A DNA stretch of 32,000 bases from Breznakia sp. PF5-3 (lineage in GTDB: Bacteria > Bacillota_I > Bacilli_A > Erysipelotrichales > Erysipelotrichaceae). Numbering within the stretch: the first letter of the stretch is position 1; each line of letters opens with the position of its first letter. The stretch lies in the NCBI RefSeq assembly GCF_029504745.1, contig NZ_JAQFIQ010000011.1, forward strand, positions 22,607 to 54,606, written 5' to 3'. Below, piece by piece: positions 1-8,250 of this stretch. The notes under the pieces are model-generated. The model was not told the DNA's origin. It searched no databases and saw only the letters and a list, made by a program, of their open reading frames with translations. Position numbers and translations under genes: made by a program.

Positions 1-2
1 GT

Positions 3-1091
3 GTGTTTGCAGCTACTAGTAATCCAGAAAAACAAATCTATACATTGCAGTTCCATCCAGAAGTAAGACATTCTGAGTATGGGAATGATATTTTAAAAAA
101 CTTTGTATTTGAAGTTTGTAAAGCAAAAAATAACTGGTCAATGCATGATTTTATCGATGTGGAAATAAAGAAGATTCGTGAACAAGTAGGAAATGATAAG
201 GTGTTGCTTGCCTTAAGTGGAGGAGTAGATTCATCGGTTGTTGCAGCACTGTTGCATAAAGCAATTGGTGATCAATTGTATTGTATGTTTATTGATCATG
301 GATTGTTGCGTAAGGGCGAAGCAGAAAGCGTTATGGAGATGTTTGGGAAAGAGATGAATATTAACCTTACCAAAATAGATGCCCGTGAGAGGTTCTTATC
401 TAAGCTTAAGGGAGTAAGTGACCCTGAACAAAAAAGAAAGATTATAGGTAATGAGTTTGTGTATACATTTGATGAAGAAGTAAAGAAGCTTGTAGCTGGT
501 GAAGATATTAAATGGTTAGCACAAGGAACTCTGTATACTGATGTAATTGAATCAGGAACAAAAACAGCTCAAACAATTAAATCACATCATAATGTTGGTG
601 GTTTACCAGAAGATATGCAATTTAAGTTGATTGAGCCATTGAATACATTATTTAAAGATGAAGTTCGTGAACTAGGAAGTGAGTTAGGTTTACCTGAATC
701 AATGGTTTGGAGACAACCATTCCCAGGACCAGGACTTGGGATTCGAGTATTAGGAGAAATAACCGAAGCGAAACTTGAAATCGTAAGAGATTCAGATTTA
801 ATCTTAAGAGAAGAAATAGCAAAAGCTGGACTTGAAAGAGATATTTGGCAATACTTTACATGTCTTCCAGATATTCGCTCTGTTGGTGTCATGGGGGATC
901 AAAGAACATACGATTATACAGTTGCAGTTAGAGCAGTTACTTCGATTGATGGAATGACATCAGATTGGGCTAAGATTCCTTATGAGGTATTAGATGCTAT
1001 ATCTAGAAGAATTGTAAATGAGGTGGTTCATGTGAATAGGGTAGTGTATGACATTACAAGTAAACCTCCTTCAACGATAGAGTGGGAGTAG
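3..1091 (+). CDS. guaA: GMP synthase (glutamine-hydrolysing), ATP-pyrophosphatase and dimerisation domains; 5' end cut by the window edge
   Basis: PP-loop motif [19 protein letters not shown], and the characteristic C-terminus ...[10 protein letters not shown]. The ORF runs off the window start. Confidence 0.97.
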   Translation: MFAATSNPEKQIYTLQFHPEVRHSEYGNDILKNFVFEVCKAKNNWSMHDFIDVEIKKIREQVGNDKVLLALSGGVDSSVVAALLHKAIGDQLYCMFIDHGLLRKGEAESVMEMFGKEMNINLTKIDARERFLSKLKGVSDPEQKRKIIGNEFVYTFDEEVKKLVAGEDIKWLAQGTLYTDVIESGTKTAQTIKSHHNVGGLPEDMQFKLIEPLNTLFKDEVRELGSELGLPESMVWRQPFPGPGLGIRVLGEITEAKLEIVRDSDLILREEIAKAGLERDIWQYFTCLPDIRSVGVMGDQRTYDYTVAVRAVTSIDGMTSDWAKIPYEVLDAISRRIVNEVVHVNRVVYDITSKPPSTIEWE

Positions 1092-1330
1092 AAAAAGCCA
1101 ATTTTTAAGTTAAATAGGAGTCTATAATATGAAAAAATGTAGAAATGACACCGAACGACGAAGTTTCGGATTAGTATGTCAGAGACTCTCTAATTTAAGG
1201 GATTATGTGAATTGTACTATTAACAATGGAGAGCTAAATGACTAGAAGAGATAACGATACAAGGTTATAAGAATATAAGCATTTATAAAGTTAGCAGAAG
1301 AAGATTTGAAATAATTGAATTATTTTAATA

Positions 1331-1339
1331 TGGTATAAT
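1331..1339 (+). promoter_or_regulatory. Extended -10 promoter element (TGgTATAAT) upstream of the DUF262-HEPN pair
   Basis: TGGTATAAT lies 31 nt upstream of ATG 1370. No well-spaced -35 is present (TTGAAT is only 13 nt away). Confidence 0.4.
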
Positions 1340-1369
1340 AAAGCAAATGAAAATTGAGGAGGACAGAAA

Positions 1370-2500
1370 ATGGAAACAGAAAATTTTGAAGTGTTAGAAG
1401 AAGAACAACAACCATATTCTAATGACGATTTATATAATATAAGCTCATGGGGAGCAGATTTAACGTTTAGAGAACTTATTCAAATGTACGACGAGGGCGA
1501 TTTGATTAAGCCGGAGTTACAGAGAAAGTATGTTTGGACCAAGGATGAAGCAAGTCGTTTTATAGACTCCATTTTATTAGGACTGCCAGTTCCAAGTATT
1601 TTTTTAGCTGTTGATGATGATGAAAGAAGATTAATTGTTGATGGATATCAACGTATAATGAGTGCTCGTGATTATGTGCGAGGTGTTTTTACATCAGATG
1701 AAAAATTATTTAGATTATCGGATAAGGAAATTATTAATTCTAGGTGGCGTGGGAAAAGCTTTGAAGAACTTGAAGCTGAAGAAAAAAGAAGGATAAGAAC
1801 TACAACAATTCATGCAATTATATTTGAGCAAAAATATCCTAATAACGATACAGGAATGTATCAAATATTTGAAAGAATAAATACAAGTGGAAAAACTCTT
1901 AAACCGCAAGAAATTAGAAATTGTGTTTATCAAGGGAGTTTCAATGAACTATTGTTTGAATTGAATAGATTGTCAGTTTGGAGAACAATTGTTGGGTCTG
2001 AAAAAGAAGATCCAAGAATGTACGATATGGAGCTTATACTACGTTTCTTTGCTATTTGTGACATAAAAAATAGTGATGAGTTTCAAGAAAAGCAGATAAA
2101 CTTAACTAAATTTTTGAATGTTTACATGGGCAAAAACAAAAATTTGAATGACGATTCATCAACAGCTTTAAAAAATCGTTTTTTATGTGTAATGACGATT
2201 GCTAGAGAATTATTTGGTCAGAGTGTTTTCAGAAGGTATAATGAGAAAACTTCAAAGTTTGCTAAGTCGATTCACCCCATTACTTTTGAGGCTATATCAG
2301 TAAGTATTTATTTTGCTCATAAAGAGGGATACGATTTTAATTCAATTGATAACTATTCCGAAAGATATCACGAATTATTGCAAAATGATGCTTTCATTGA
2401 TGCTACTAGTGTAAGGACAACTAATGTAGAGAACATTAAGCAAAGAATTAAAATTGCTTTAAAAATATTATTTGGTATGGAATATGACTGGGGAAATTAA
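1370..2500 (+). CDS. DUF262 (ParB/GmrS-like NTPase) domain protein lacking the DUF1524 nuclease half
   Basis: 376 aa. Motifs PELQRKYVWT, IVDGYQR and IFERINTSGKTLKPQEIRN match the DUF262 pattern. SD GAGGAGG sits 7 nt before the ATG. No H..P/N His-Me motif occurs in the C-terminal half. Confidence 0.85.
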   Translation: METENFEVLEEEQQPYSNDDLYNISSWGADLTFRELIQMYDEGDLIKPELQRKYVWTKDEASRFIDSILLGLPVPSIFLAVDDDERRLIVDGYQRIMSARDYVRGVFTSDEKLFRLSDKEIINSRWRGKSFEELEAEEKRRIRTTTIHAIIFEQKYPNNDTGMYQIFERINTSGKTLKPQEIRNCVYQGSFNELLFELNRLSVWRTIVGSEKEDPRMYDMELILRFFAICDIKNSDEFQEKQINLTKFLNVYMGKNKNLNDDSSTALKNRFLCVMTIARELFGQSVFRRYNEKTSKFAKSIHPITFEAISVSIYFAHKEGYDFNSIDNYSERYHELLQNDAFIDATSVRTTNVENIKQRIKIALKILFGMEYDWGN

Positions 2501-2963
2501 TAATGCTTTCAATGATGTAGATAACGAGCTGAAAAATATTAGAAAATACATAAATAAAAATAAATTTGATGTTAATACAAAATATCTCATATCATATGCG
2601 GTTGTTAGAGCATGTGGTACAATAGAGACTGTTTACAAAAAACTCGTTCATGATTTTTTGACTGATGGAGCGAAACCTGAAACAGGTCAATATTTATCGA
2701 AAATAATCATCGATAGCTCAAGTAATCCTAAAACAGGGAATATAGAAAAAATGTTAACTGATATAAATTCTAAACTATGTAATGATTTTAAAAGTAGAAT
2801 TAGCAACCAGGAAAAATCTGACCTAAACTCATTAGTTCAGAATAGAAATGACTTTGCTCATGGAAGAACAGTTACTATTTCGATAGAAATAGTAATAAAG
2901 TATTTTGCATCATCAAAAAAAATTATAGTTGACTTAAAAGAAACACTAGATAAAATAGTGTGA
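2484..2963 (+). CDS. Small HEPN-domain protein (MAE_28990/MAE_18760-like), predicted RNase partner of the DUF262 protein
   Basis: The ORF-track start at 2472 is a TTG; the first ATG is 2484 and overlaps the upstream gene by 17 nt. 159 aa with an Rx4H motif (LVQNRNDFAHGR) near the C-terminus. Confidence 0.6.
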   Translation: MTGEINNAFNDVDNELKNIRKYINKNKFDVNTKYLISYAVVRACGTIETVYKKLVHDFLTDGAKPETGQYLSKIIIDSSSNPKTGNIEKMLTDINSKLCNDFKSRISNQEKSDLNSLVQNRNDFAHGRTVTISIEIVIKYFASSKKIIVDLKETLDKIV

Positions 2964-3206
2964 TAGCAATTTGATAACAATCAATAATAGTGTAACGAAT
3001 ATTAAAGAATATAAAATGGTGTATAACATCATAAACTCGTTTATATCCATTCAATATACTATAATATTAATTGGAAGGAAGTAATATAAAAGTTTTATTT
3101 TTAAGCGTTATTTAACTTCAAAGTGGAACACCTAGGTAGTTATGATTATTTACTTAAATGCAGGTGATTCTAACTCCCCATTTTTATTTTGCAAATCAGT
3201 TCATGA

Positions 3207-3380
3207 TATGCAAAAAACAGTAGGAATGACATTAAAAGAGGAGTTGCAAAGTTTCGTGTAGGAGCATTAGAGAATATTTTGTTTAGTGAGTTGTGTGAAC
3301 TTTGTTACAAGCAATGTAGAGTAAAAGGATTAGAAGAGGTTACATTGAAAGTGTTTATGTCAAGTGAAAAGTACCCCACC
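3207..3380 (+). pseudogene. Tyrosine recombinase (phage-type integrase) pseudogene, N-terminal piece upstream of the IS insertion
   Basis: The frame reads ...ELCELCYKQCRVKGLEEVTLKVFMSSEK, which resembles an integrase core-binding/SAM-like motif. The only nearby ATG (3208) is in another frame and hits TAG at 3259-3261. The reading frame is interrupted at the IS left end. Confidence 0.55.
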
Positions 3381-3403
3381 GTTGCCGTTGAAAAAGGGAC
3401 CAC
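3381..3403. repeat. IS21-family terminal inverted repeat (istB-proximal end)
   Basis: GTTGCCGTTGAAAAAGGGACCAC is the exact reverse complement of 5750-5772. Confidence 0.85.
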
Positions 3404-3467
3404 TACGTTTAAAAAAGAACCCATATCATATGGATTAATGGCTTCTTTTTTATAAGATTAGATTATT

Positions 3468-4220
3468 CTATTTTTGATTATTATCCACACCTAACCAATC
3501 TTGTGTCTTTTTGATTCGATAGCTTTCTCCACGCATATCTATAACGTGTGACTTATAAGCTAGTCTGTCAATAATCGCACCAGTTAGCACTGGATCCTTA
3601 AATGTTTCTTCCCATCTATCGAAAGCTAAATTTGTAGTGATGATAATGCTCCCTTTATCATTTCGGTTAGAAAGCAGATTGAAGAGCATTTCGCTTCCAT
3701 CCTTATCAAAGGATACATATCCTAGTTCATCTAATATCACCAAATCATATTTTTCGAATCTACGTTTAAATAATGTCATTTGACTAAGGCTATATGCTTC
3801 CTTCATTTCTGTCACTAAATTTGGAACACTGGAAAATAATACAGTATGCCCTTTCGTACACGCTTCTATGCCAAGTGCTACTGCATAATGTGTTTTGCCT
3901 GTTCCTGGATTACCTATCAATATGATATTCTCTTTCCGTTTTATAAATGACAGATCAGTAAGCGTTTTTAGCTTTTCTTTTACCTCTGCTTTATATGGTT
4001 TGAATTCAAAGTCCACTATGTATTTTTTGTTAGTGAATCGTGCTCGTTGTATTCTTTTTGTAATTCCTGTTTCTGCTCGTAAGTCTATTTCATTTTGCAG
4101 TAATTCCTCTATAACTTCTTCAATTTCTAATCCTCTCTGCTTTGCTTCTTCAATAAATTGTTTGTGATTATGCCGTGTATACGGTAATCGCAAATCATAT
4201 GCTAATGTTTCAATTGACAT
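3468..4220 (-). CDS. istB: IS21-family transposition helper ATPase IstB
   Basis: 250 aa. Walker A GNPGTGKTH and Walker B LVILDELG, an IstB/DnaC-like AAA+ pattern. Its start overlaps the istA stop by 19 nt. Confidence 0.93.
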   Translation of the reverse strand: MSIETLAYDLRLPYTRHNHKQFIEEAKQRGLEIEEVIEELLQNEIDLRAETGITKRIQRARFTNKKYIVDFEFKPYKAEVKEKLKTLTDLSFIKRKENIILIGNPGTGKTHYAVALGIEACTKGHTVLFSSVPNLVTEMKEAYSLSQMTLFKRRFEKYDLVILDELGYVSFDKDGSEMLFNLLSNRNDKGSIIITTNLAFDRWEETFKDPVLTGAIIDRLAYKSHVIDMRGESYRIKKTQDWLGVDNNQK

Positions 4221-5686
4221 GTTTCTTCTCCTTCCTTTTCTTGCTGTAAACCAAACATTTGATTCAGTTTTATTAACTCCGTTTTTACTGCATCCTTTAC
4301 TTCATTTGATTTGCTAACCATGACTTTATTCGTTGCTTTATTTACCAGTAAATCTGGTAGTTCACTAATGTGTTTGTCTGTGTTTTTTAATAATATCTCT
4401 ATGAATTCTCTTTCATTTTGTTTAAAATAGGTTTGATAGATGGATAATAACTGTGGGCATTGCTTCAGTGCCAATGAATGCTTTAAGGCCCCCGGTTTGT
4501 TGCGTAATGTCTTTAGATAATGTTGTAATTCTAATTGATATTGACCAACTCCATCTATTTTTTTATGCGATTCAACATAGTTATTATTTGCATAGATATC
4601 ATAATGATCATGATACTTCTTTACTTTAACGTTTTTCCCAACTAAGTAATCAGGGACAGAATAGTGGTTGTTATCCAAACATACGCAACTATATTTATCC
4701 ACTTTAGATTCCACGAGTACTGCTAATTCATAGGGTACTTTGTATCCTCTTAAACATTTCTTTTCTTCTTCAATTTTACAGTTTTGATTCATCATCATTA
4801 GTCCTTCATGTAAATGTTCTTGTGCATGCTCCAGAGAAGTAAACTTGTACTTTTTTGTAAATAGTCGCTTCCTTATAATTTCTACCGTTCTCTCAACACT
4901 CCCTTTTTCATTTCCTGCGTATGCATTCGTTGTAGTGATATCAAAGCCATAATAGAGTGACATTTGAATCAATTGCGGATTCAGCTCCTTTTTATGACCA
5001 ATGAATTTAGATACAACATTGCGCATGTTGTCATAAACAACTTCTGCATATACTCCTTTCACCATTTTAAAGAAACGAACATGTGAATCCAAGAAGATAT
5101 CCATTTTTTGATTCTTATATAAGTATCCCCACCGAAAACCACTAGCAGGGGCTGCAAAAGTAGCTAAGTGATATTTCACAACTTCTCCATTGATATATAG
5201 TTTAACTTCTCCAAAATCATATTCAACTCGCTCTCCATACTCATAGTCTTGACGAATGAAAGCTTCCTGTGCCTTTTCAATAATAGTTTTCCAGTAAGAC
5301 ATCATCGTTCGATAAGTAATATCAAACCCTTCATCAGTAATCATCTCATGCACACGACAACCATCAAGTTGCTGCTTGTGAGTCTTACCAAGAAGATTTG
5401 TTTTTTTCACTTCACCTTTCGCAATTTCTTCAAGTCGTCGAAGCAAGTGTGCTGTCATCTTCCGTGGTTTTCGGTTTGTGCTATCATATGATTTTACTTC
5501 AACTATGGTACGTATGATTTCATCTTTTTCTTCATTTGTTAGTTCCTCACTTTCTAATAGTTTTTGATTTGCATCGTATTCCTTACAAGTTCGCGTAATC
5601 GTTTTTCTGTTAATTCCTGTTTCCCTTTCAATGAATCGATAGTATTTCCCTTGTAAGTGCAACATAATAATTTCTCGTTTCTTCAT
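4202..5686 (-). CDS. istA: IS21-family transposase IstA (HTH + DDE)
   Basis: N-terminal HTH (YRFIERETGINRKTITR) and a large DDE-type core. The ORF-track start at 5749 lies inside the terminal IR. ATG 5686 (MKKREIIMLH) or GTG 5698 behind GGAGG is more plausible. Confidence 0.9.
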   Translation of the reverse strand: MKKREIIMLHLQGKYYRFIERETGINRKTITRTCKEYDANQKLLESEELTNEEKDEIIRTIVEVKSYDSTNRKPRKMTAHLLRRLEEIAKGEVKKTNLLGKTHKQQLDGCRVHEMITDEGFDITYRTMMSYWKTIIEKAQEAFIRQDYEYGERVEYDFGEVKLYINGEVVKYHLATFAAPASGFRWGYLYKNQKMDIFLDSHVRFFKMVKGVYAEVVYDNMRNVVSKFIGHKKELNPQLIQMSLYYGFDITTTNAYAGNEKGSVERTVEIIRKRLFTKKYKFTSLEHAQEHLHEGLMMMNQNCKIEEEKKCLRGYKVPYELAVLVESKVDKYSCVCLDNNHYSVPDYLVGKNVKVKKYHDHYDIYANNNYVESHKKIDGVGQYQLELQHYLKTLRNKPGALKHSLALKQCPQLLSIYQTYFKQNEREFIEILLKNTDKHISELPDLLVNKATNKVMVSKSNEVKDAVKTELIKLNQMFGLQQEKEGEETCQLKH

Positions 5687-5749
5687 TAATTTCGTCACTC
5701 CTTCACCTCCGGATTTTATTATTTCATAGTCCAGAGTATAAAAAAACAA

Positions 5750-5772
5750 GTGGTCCCTTTTTCAACGGCAAC
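5750..5772. repeat. IS21-family terminal inverted repeat (istA-proximal end)
   Basis: GTGGTCCCTTTTTCAACGGCAAC is the exact reverse complement of 3381-3403. Confidence 0.85.
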
Positions 5773-6290
5773 ATACCGTGAAAATGGTCCACTTTTAAAT
5801 TACAACAAACAGAAAGACTATAAATTTTCTTGTGATTATTTTTTGAAGTATGCAGGAAAGGGATTGGTATGTTTAGAAATCAATCAGGAATTAATTGATG
5901 ATTATATACTTCACCATAAAGAAAAAGTTAGTGATGAATCAGTAAACTCTTATCAGTTTAAGATATCTCCTGTTATCCATTATGGCTACGATAGAGGCTC
6001 CATAAGAGATGAAATAACTAAACTAGGAGAAGATAAAAGAGGTTTATACAGGCTATGAGCTAAAACTATTATTAAAGAAACCAAAGAAGAAAAGTTTTGC
6101 TCAGTATAGAACCTAGGTAATTATCAATATTTTGATTTCTACAGGAATTAGAGCAAAGAAATTAAGAGAGTTATTAGTGTCAAGTATTGATTTGGAGAAT
6201 AAAGTAATTTGTTTACCACATACAAAGAATAAAAAGGGTACTTACCTATAATTTTAACACTAAATGATTAGGATATTTTAAAAAAGTTGA
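5773..6290 (+). pseudogene. Tyrosine recombinase pseudogene, remainder downstream of the IS (frameshifted, in-frame stop, truncated)
   Basis: ORF 5750-6058 reads ...DYFLKYAGKGLVCLEINQELIDDYILHHKEKVSDESVNSYQFKISPVIHYGY. A frameshift occurs near 6030-6060, after which the sequence reads KEVYTGYELKLLLKKPKKKSFAQYRT*VIINILISTGIRAKKLRELLVSSIDLENKVICLPHTKNKKGTYL, with TAG at 6114-6116. The box-I TGIR arginine is present, but the His and Tyr catalytic boxes are missing. Confidence 0.7.
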
Positions 6291-6405
6291 ATTATCCGAA
6301 AGGTATGGAAAAGGTAAAGTAAAACTATTAATTGATGAATTAAGAGAAAATGGACAACTTAAAGAAGGTACTGGTATTGAAAAAGAAGAAAACGATTTAG
6401 TAAAT

Positions 6406-6800
6406 GTTGTGGGTAATATTATTGGAGAAGTTGAAGTAGTGGAAAGAGAAAATAAAAATGGAGGACCATTCAAAGTAGCGACTTCTCTATTGTGTCAAAT
6501 GATGAAAACGGAGAGAAGTTTTATACAAATTGCTTTGCCTATGGAGAAAATGCGATATTTCAAAAAATTTAAAGCAAGGAAATTCTGTAAAAGCGTTTGG
6601 TCAAGTTAGAACTTCAATGGATGACGATGGTAAAGTTTATAGTAATATAAAAGTATTGCTTTCAAAGCTTTCAAAAGCAAAAGAACAGATGGAGCTCGTG
6701 GAAGAAAAAAAAGAATCTGTTCTTGGTGCTATCAAGAAATATAAGGTTGAAGAAAAAGGAAAGAATCTAAGAAAAAAGAAACATCAAAAGAAACTGAAAG
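6406..6800 (+). pseudogene. SSB-like OB-fold protein gene disrupted by two frameshifts
   Basis: Joining three frames gives VVGNIIGEVEVVERENKNGGPFKVA/FSIVSNDENGEKFYTNCFAYGENAIFQK/NLKQGNSVKAFGQVRTSMDDDGKVYSNIKVL. This follows the bacterial/ICE SSB pattern (G.l..dpe...G..va.f.la...ge..f..c.a.g..A....lkkG..v...G.l). ORFs 6409-6609 and 6530-6889 are the fragments. The 3' limit is uncertain. Confidence 0.45.
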
Positions 6801-6897
6801 ATAAGATGCGTTGGTGTGGTCTTATAACTGCACCGATATTTTTTTGTATGAAAGTTCGAGAAAACGTAATAATATACTGTGAAAAGTGAATATATTA

Positions 6898-6906
6898 TGC
6901 TATAAT
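6898..6906 (+). promoter_or_regulatory. Extended -10 promoter element (TGcTATAAT) upstream of the controller/MTase operon
   Basis: TGCTATAAT lies 42 nt upstream of ATG 6949. No good -35 is present. Confidence 0.4.
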
Positions 6907-6948
6907 GTAACAGACTAATTTTGAAATAGAGTAAGGATGGAGGTTGCT

Positions 6949-7164
6949 ATGTCAAAATTAAGCTATAAAAAGTTATTTAAAATATTGATAGATATTGATA
7001 TGACAAACGCAGAACTTATGGATAAAGCAAAAATCAGCAAGAGTACATTTTATAAAATGAAAAATGGTGAAAACATTACCACTGACGTATTACTTCGAGT
7101 TTGTGATGTGTTGAAATGTGATGTTTCTGATATTGTTGAATGTGTGGAGGTAAAAAAATGTTAA
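6949..7164 (+). CDS. Cro/C1 (XRE)-type HTH protein in the position of an R-M controller (C) protein
   Basis: 71 aa with HTH TNAELMDKAKISKSTFYKMKNGENITTDVLLRVCDVLKC. GGAGG sits 4 nt before ATG 6949 (an alternative ATG is at 6937). The stop overlaps the MTase start (ATGTTAA). Confidence 0.8.
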   Translation: MSKLSYKKLFKILIDIDMTNAELMDKAKISKSTFYKMKNGENITTDVLLRVCDVLKCDVSDIVECVEVKKC

Positions 7165-8237
7165 AAGTAGCTACAGGTTTTAGTGGAATTGGTGCTTTTG
7201 AACAAGCTTTAAAAAGATTGAATATAGACCATGAGATTCTATTCGCTTGTGATAATGGAGAAAGATACTTAGATTTAGATAAAGATGAAATTATTGAAAA
7301 TTATGATTTAAAAAAATATGACACATTCGAAGATTATATAAGAGATTTATATGATAAAACTGGAAAAGAAAACAATGTTAAGAAATCATATTTTGCAAAT
7401 TATGATATTGATGAAAATAAATGGTATGAAGACATTAGGTTTATGGATGTAAAACAGTATAAGGATCAAATTGATATTTTTGTTGGAGGTAGTCCTTGTC
7501 AAAGCTTTTCTACATATGGTTTTAGGCGTGGCTTAGAAGATACTAGAGGAACTCTTTTCTATGATTACGCAAGAATTATACAAGACACTCACCCAAAAGT
7601 TTTTATTTTTGAAAATGTTACTGGTCTATTAAATCATGACAATGGTAAAACTTGGGAAATAATAAAAAGTACATTTTTGGAGTTAGATTATGATATAAAA
7701 ATGGAAATATTGAATGCTAAAGATTACAATTTGCCGCAACTTAGAAGAAGAGTATTTGTAGTTGGAATAAAAAAAGAATTCGACATTAAAGATTTTACAT
7801 TCCCAAAGAAGGTTGAATTAACAAGAAATAGTTCTATGTTCCTTGATAAACATGTGGATAATAAATACTATTTGGGTGAAAAAGGATTTAAATTCGTTAC
7901 TGACCCGTCTCGAAATGGCAGACGAGCAAGAGTGAATCAGGAAGTGATTGGATGCCAAACAGCAAATCAGCAATTTAATTGGGTAGGTGATTTCAGGGTA
8001 GAAAAACCAACAAAAGGTCAACTTGAGGATGATAAAATATATAAAGGTATGTACGAAGGGGAAATATCAGTGGCAAGGAAGATGACACCGAATGAGCTTT
8101 TACGCTTAATGGGATTTGAAAAATTTAATATTGTAGTTCCAGATAAAGTTATTTGGAGACAAACTGGAAATTCAATAGCAGTCGATGTTTTAATGGCATT
8201 AGTAAAAGAAATACTCGACCAAGTAGATTTGATATAG
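7158..8237 (+). CDS. DNA (cytosine-5)-methyltransferase
   Basis: Motif I FSGIGAF, motif IV GGSPCQSFS, motif VI FENVTGL, motif VIII QLRRRVF, motif X GNSIAV. ATG 7158 follows GGAGG (the ORF-track start at 7140 is upstream of the SD). Confidence 0.95.
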   Translation: MLKVATGFSGIGAFEQALKRLNIDHEILFACDNGERYLDLDKDEIIENYDLKKYDTFEDYIRDLYDKTGKENNVKKSYFANYDIDENKWYEDIRFMDVKQYKDQIDIFVGGSPCQSFSTYGFRRGLEDTRGTLFYDYARIIQDTHPKVFIFENVTGLLNHDNGKTWEIIKSTFLELDYDIKMEILNAKDYNLPQLRRRVFVVGIKKEFDIKDFTFPKKVELTRNSSMFLDKHVDNKYYLGEKGFKFVTDPSRNGRRARVNQEVIGCQTANQQFNWVGDFRVEKPTKGQLEDDKIYKGMYEGEISVARKMTPNELLRLMGFEKFNIVVPDKVIWRQTGNSIAVDVLMALVKEILDQVDLI

Positions 8238-8250
8238 GAGGATGTGAGAT

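Larger units (their letters stand above)
3381..5772 (-). mobile_element. IS21-family insertion sequence (istA-istB); minimum extent is defined by the terminal inverted repeats
   Basis: An overlapping istA/istB pair is flanked by perfect 23-bp inverted repeats. The true termini may lie a few bp further out. Related direct motifs GTGAAAAGTACCCCAC (3365-3380) and GTGAAAATGGTCCAC (5778-5792) sit just outside. No target-site duplication could be identified. Confidence 0.85.

Noticed and set aside
1040-1369. I looked for an att-type direct repeat of the guaA 3' end at the far side of the island. The nearest resemblance is CTTCAAC.AT.G near 30071-30085.
   Set aside because: Only about 11 of 13 nt match in a low-complexity context, which is not distinguishable from chance. 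The island boundaries therefore rest on gene content and composition only.
3116-6150. An imperfect ~40-nt similarity between 3127-3170 and 6109-6150 (about 66 % identity by hand count). Both copies contain CCTAGG with an in-frame TAG (3133-3135 and 6114-6116) at the position just before the integrase V-I-I-N-x-L-x-x-T-G segment. I considered three explanations: a second integrase remnant, stop-codon recoding, or a TGG-to-TAG hotspot caused by m5C deamination at an ancestral CCTGG (the classic CCWGG amber hotspot of Coulondre and Miller).
   Set aside because: The similarity is too short and weak in AT-rich DNA to establish homology. The upstream copy has no further integrase-like sequence. All well-supported genes in the window terminate normally, and none needs TAG read-through. 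The deamination idea requires an unknown MTase specificity and an unverified ancestral codon.
6790-6889. The C-terminal tail of ORF 6530-6889 (MRWCGLITAPIFFCMKVRENVIIYCEK), and a weak hairpin (TTGGTG...CACCGA) followed by T7 at about 6809-6847.
   Set aside because: The tail looks like read-through past the SSB-like homology rather than real coding sequence. The hairpin has a 6-bp stem with a G.U pair and a 14-nt loop, which is too weak to call a terminator with confidence.
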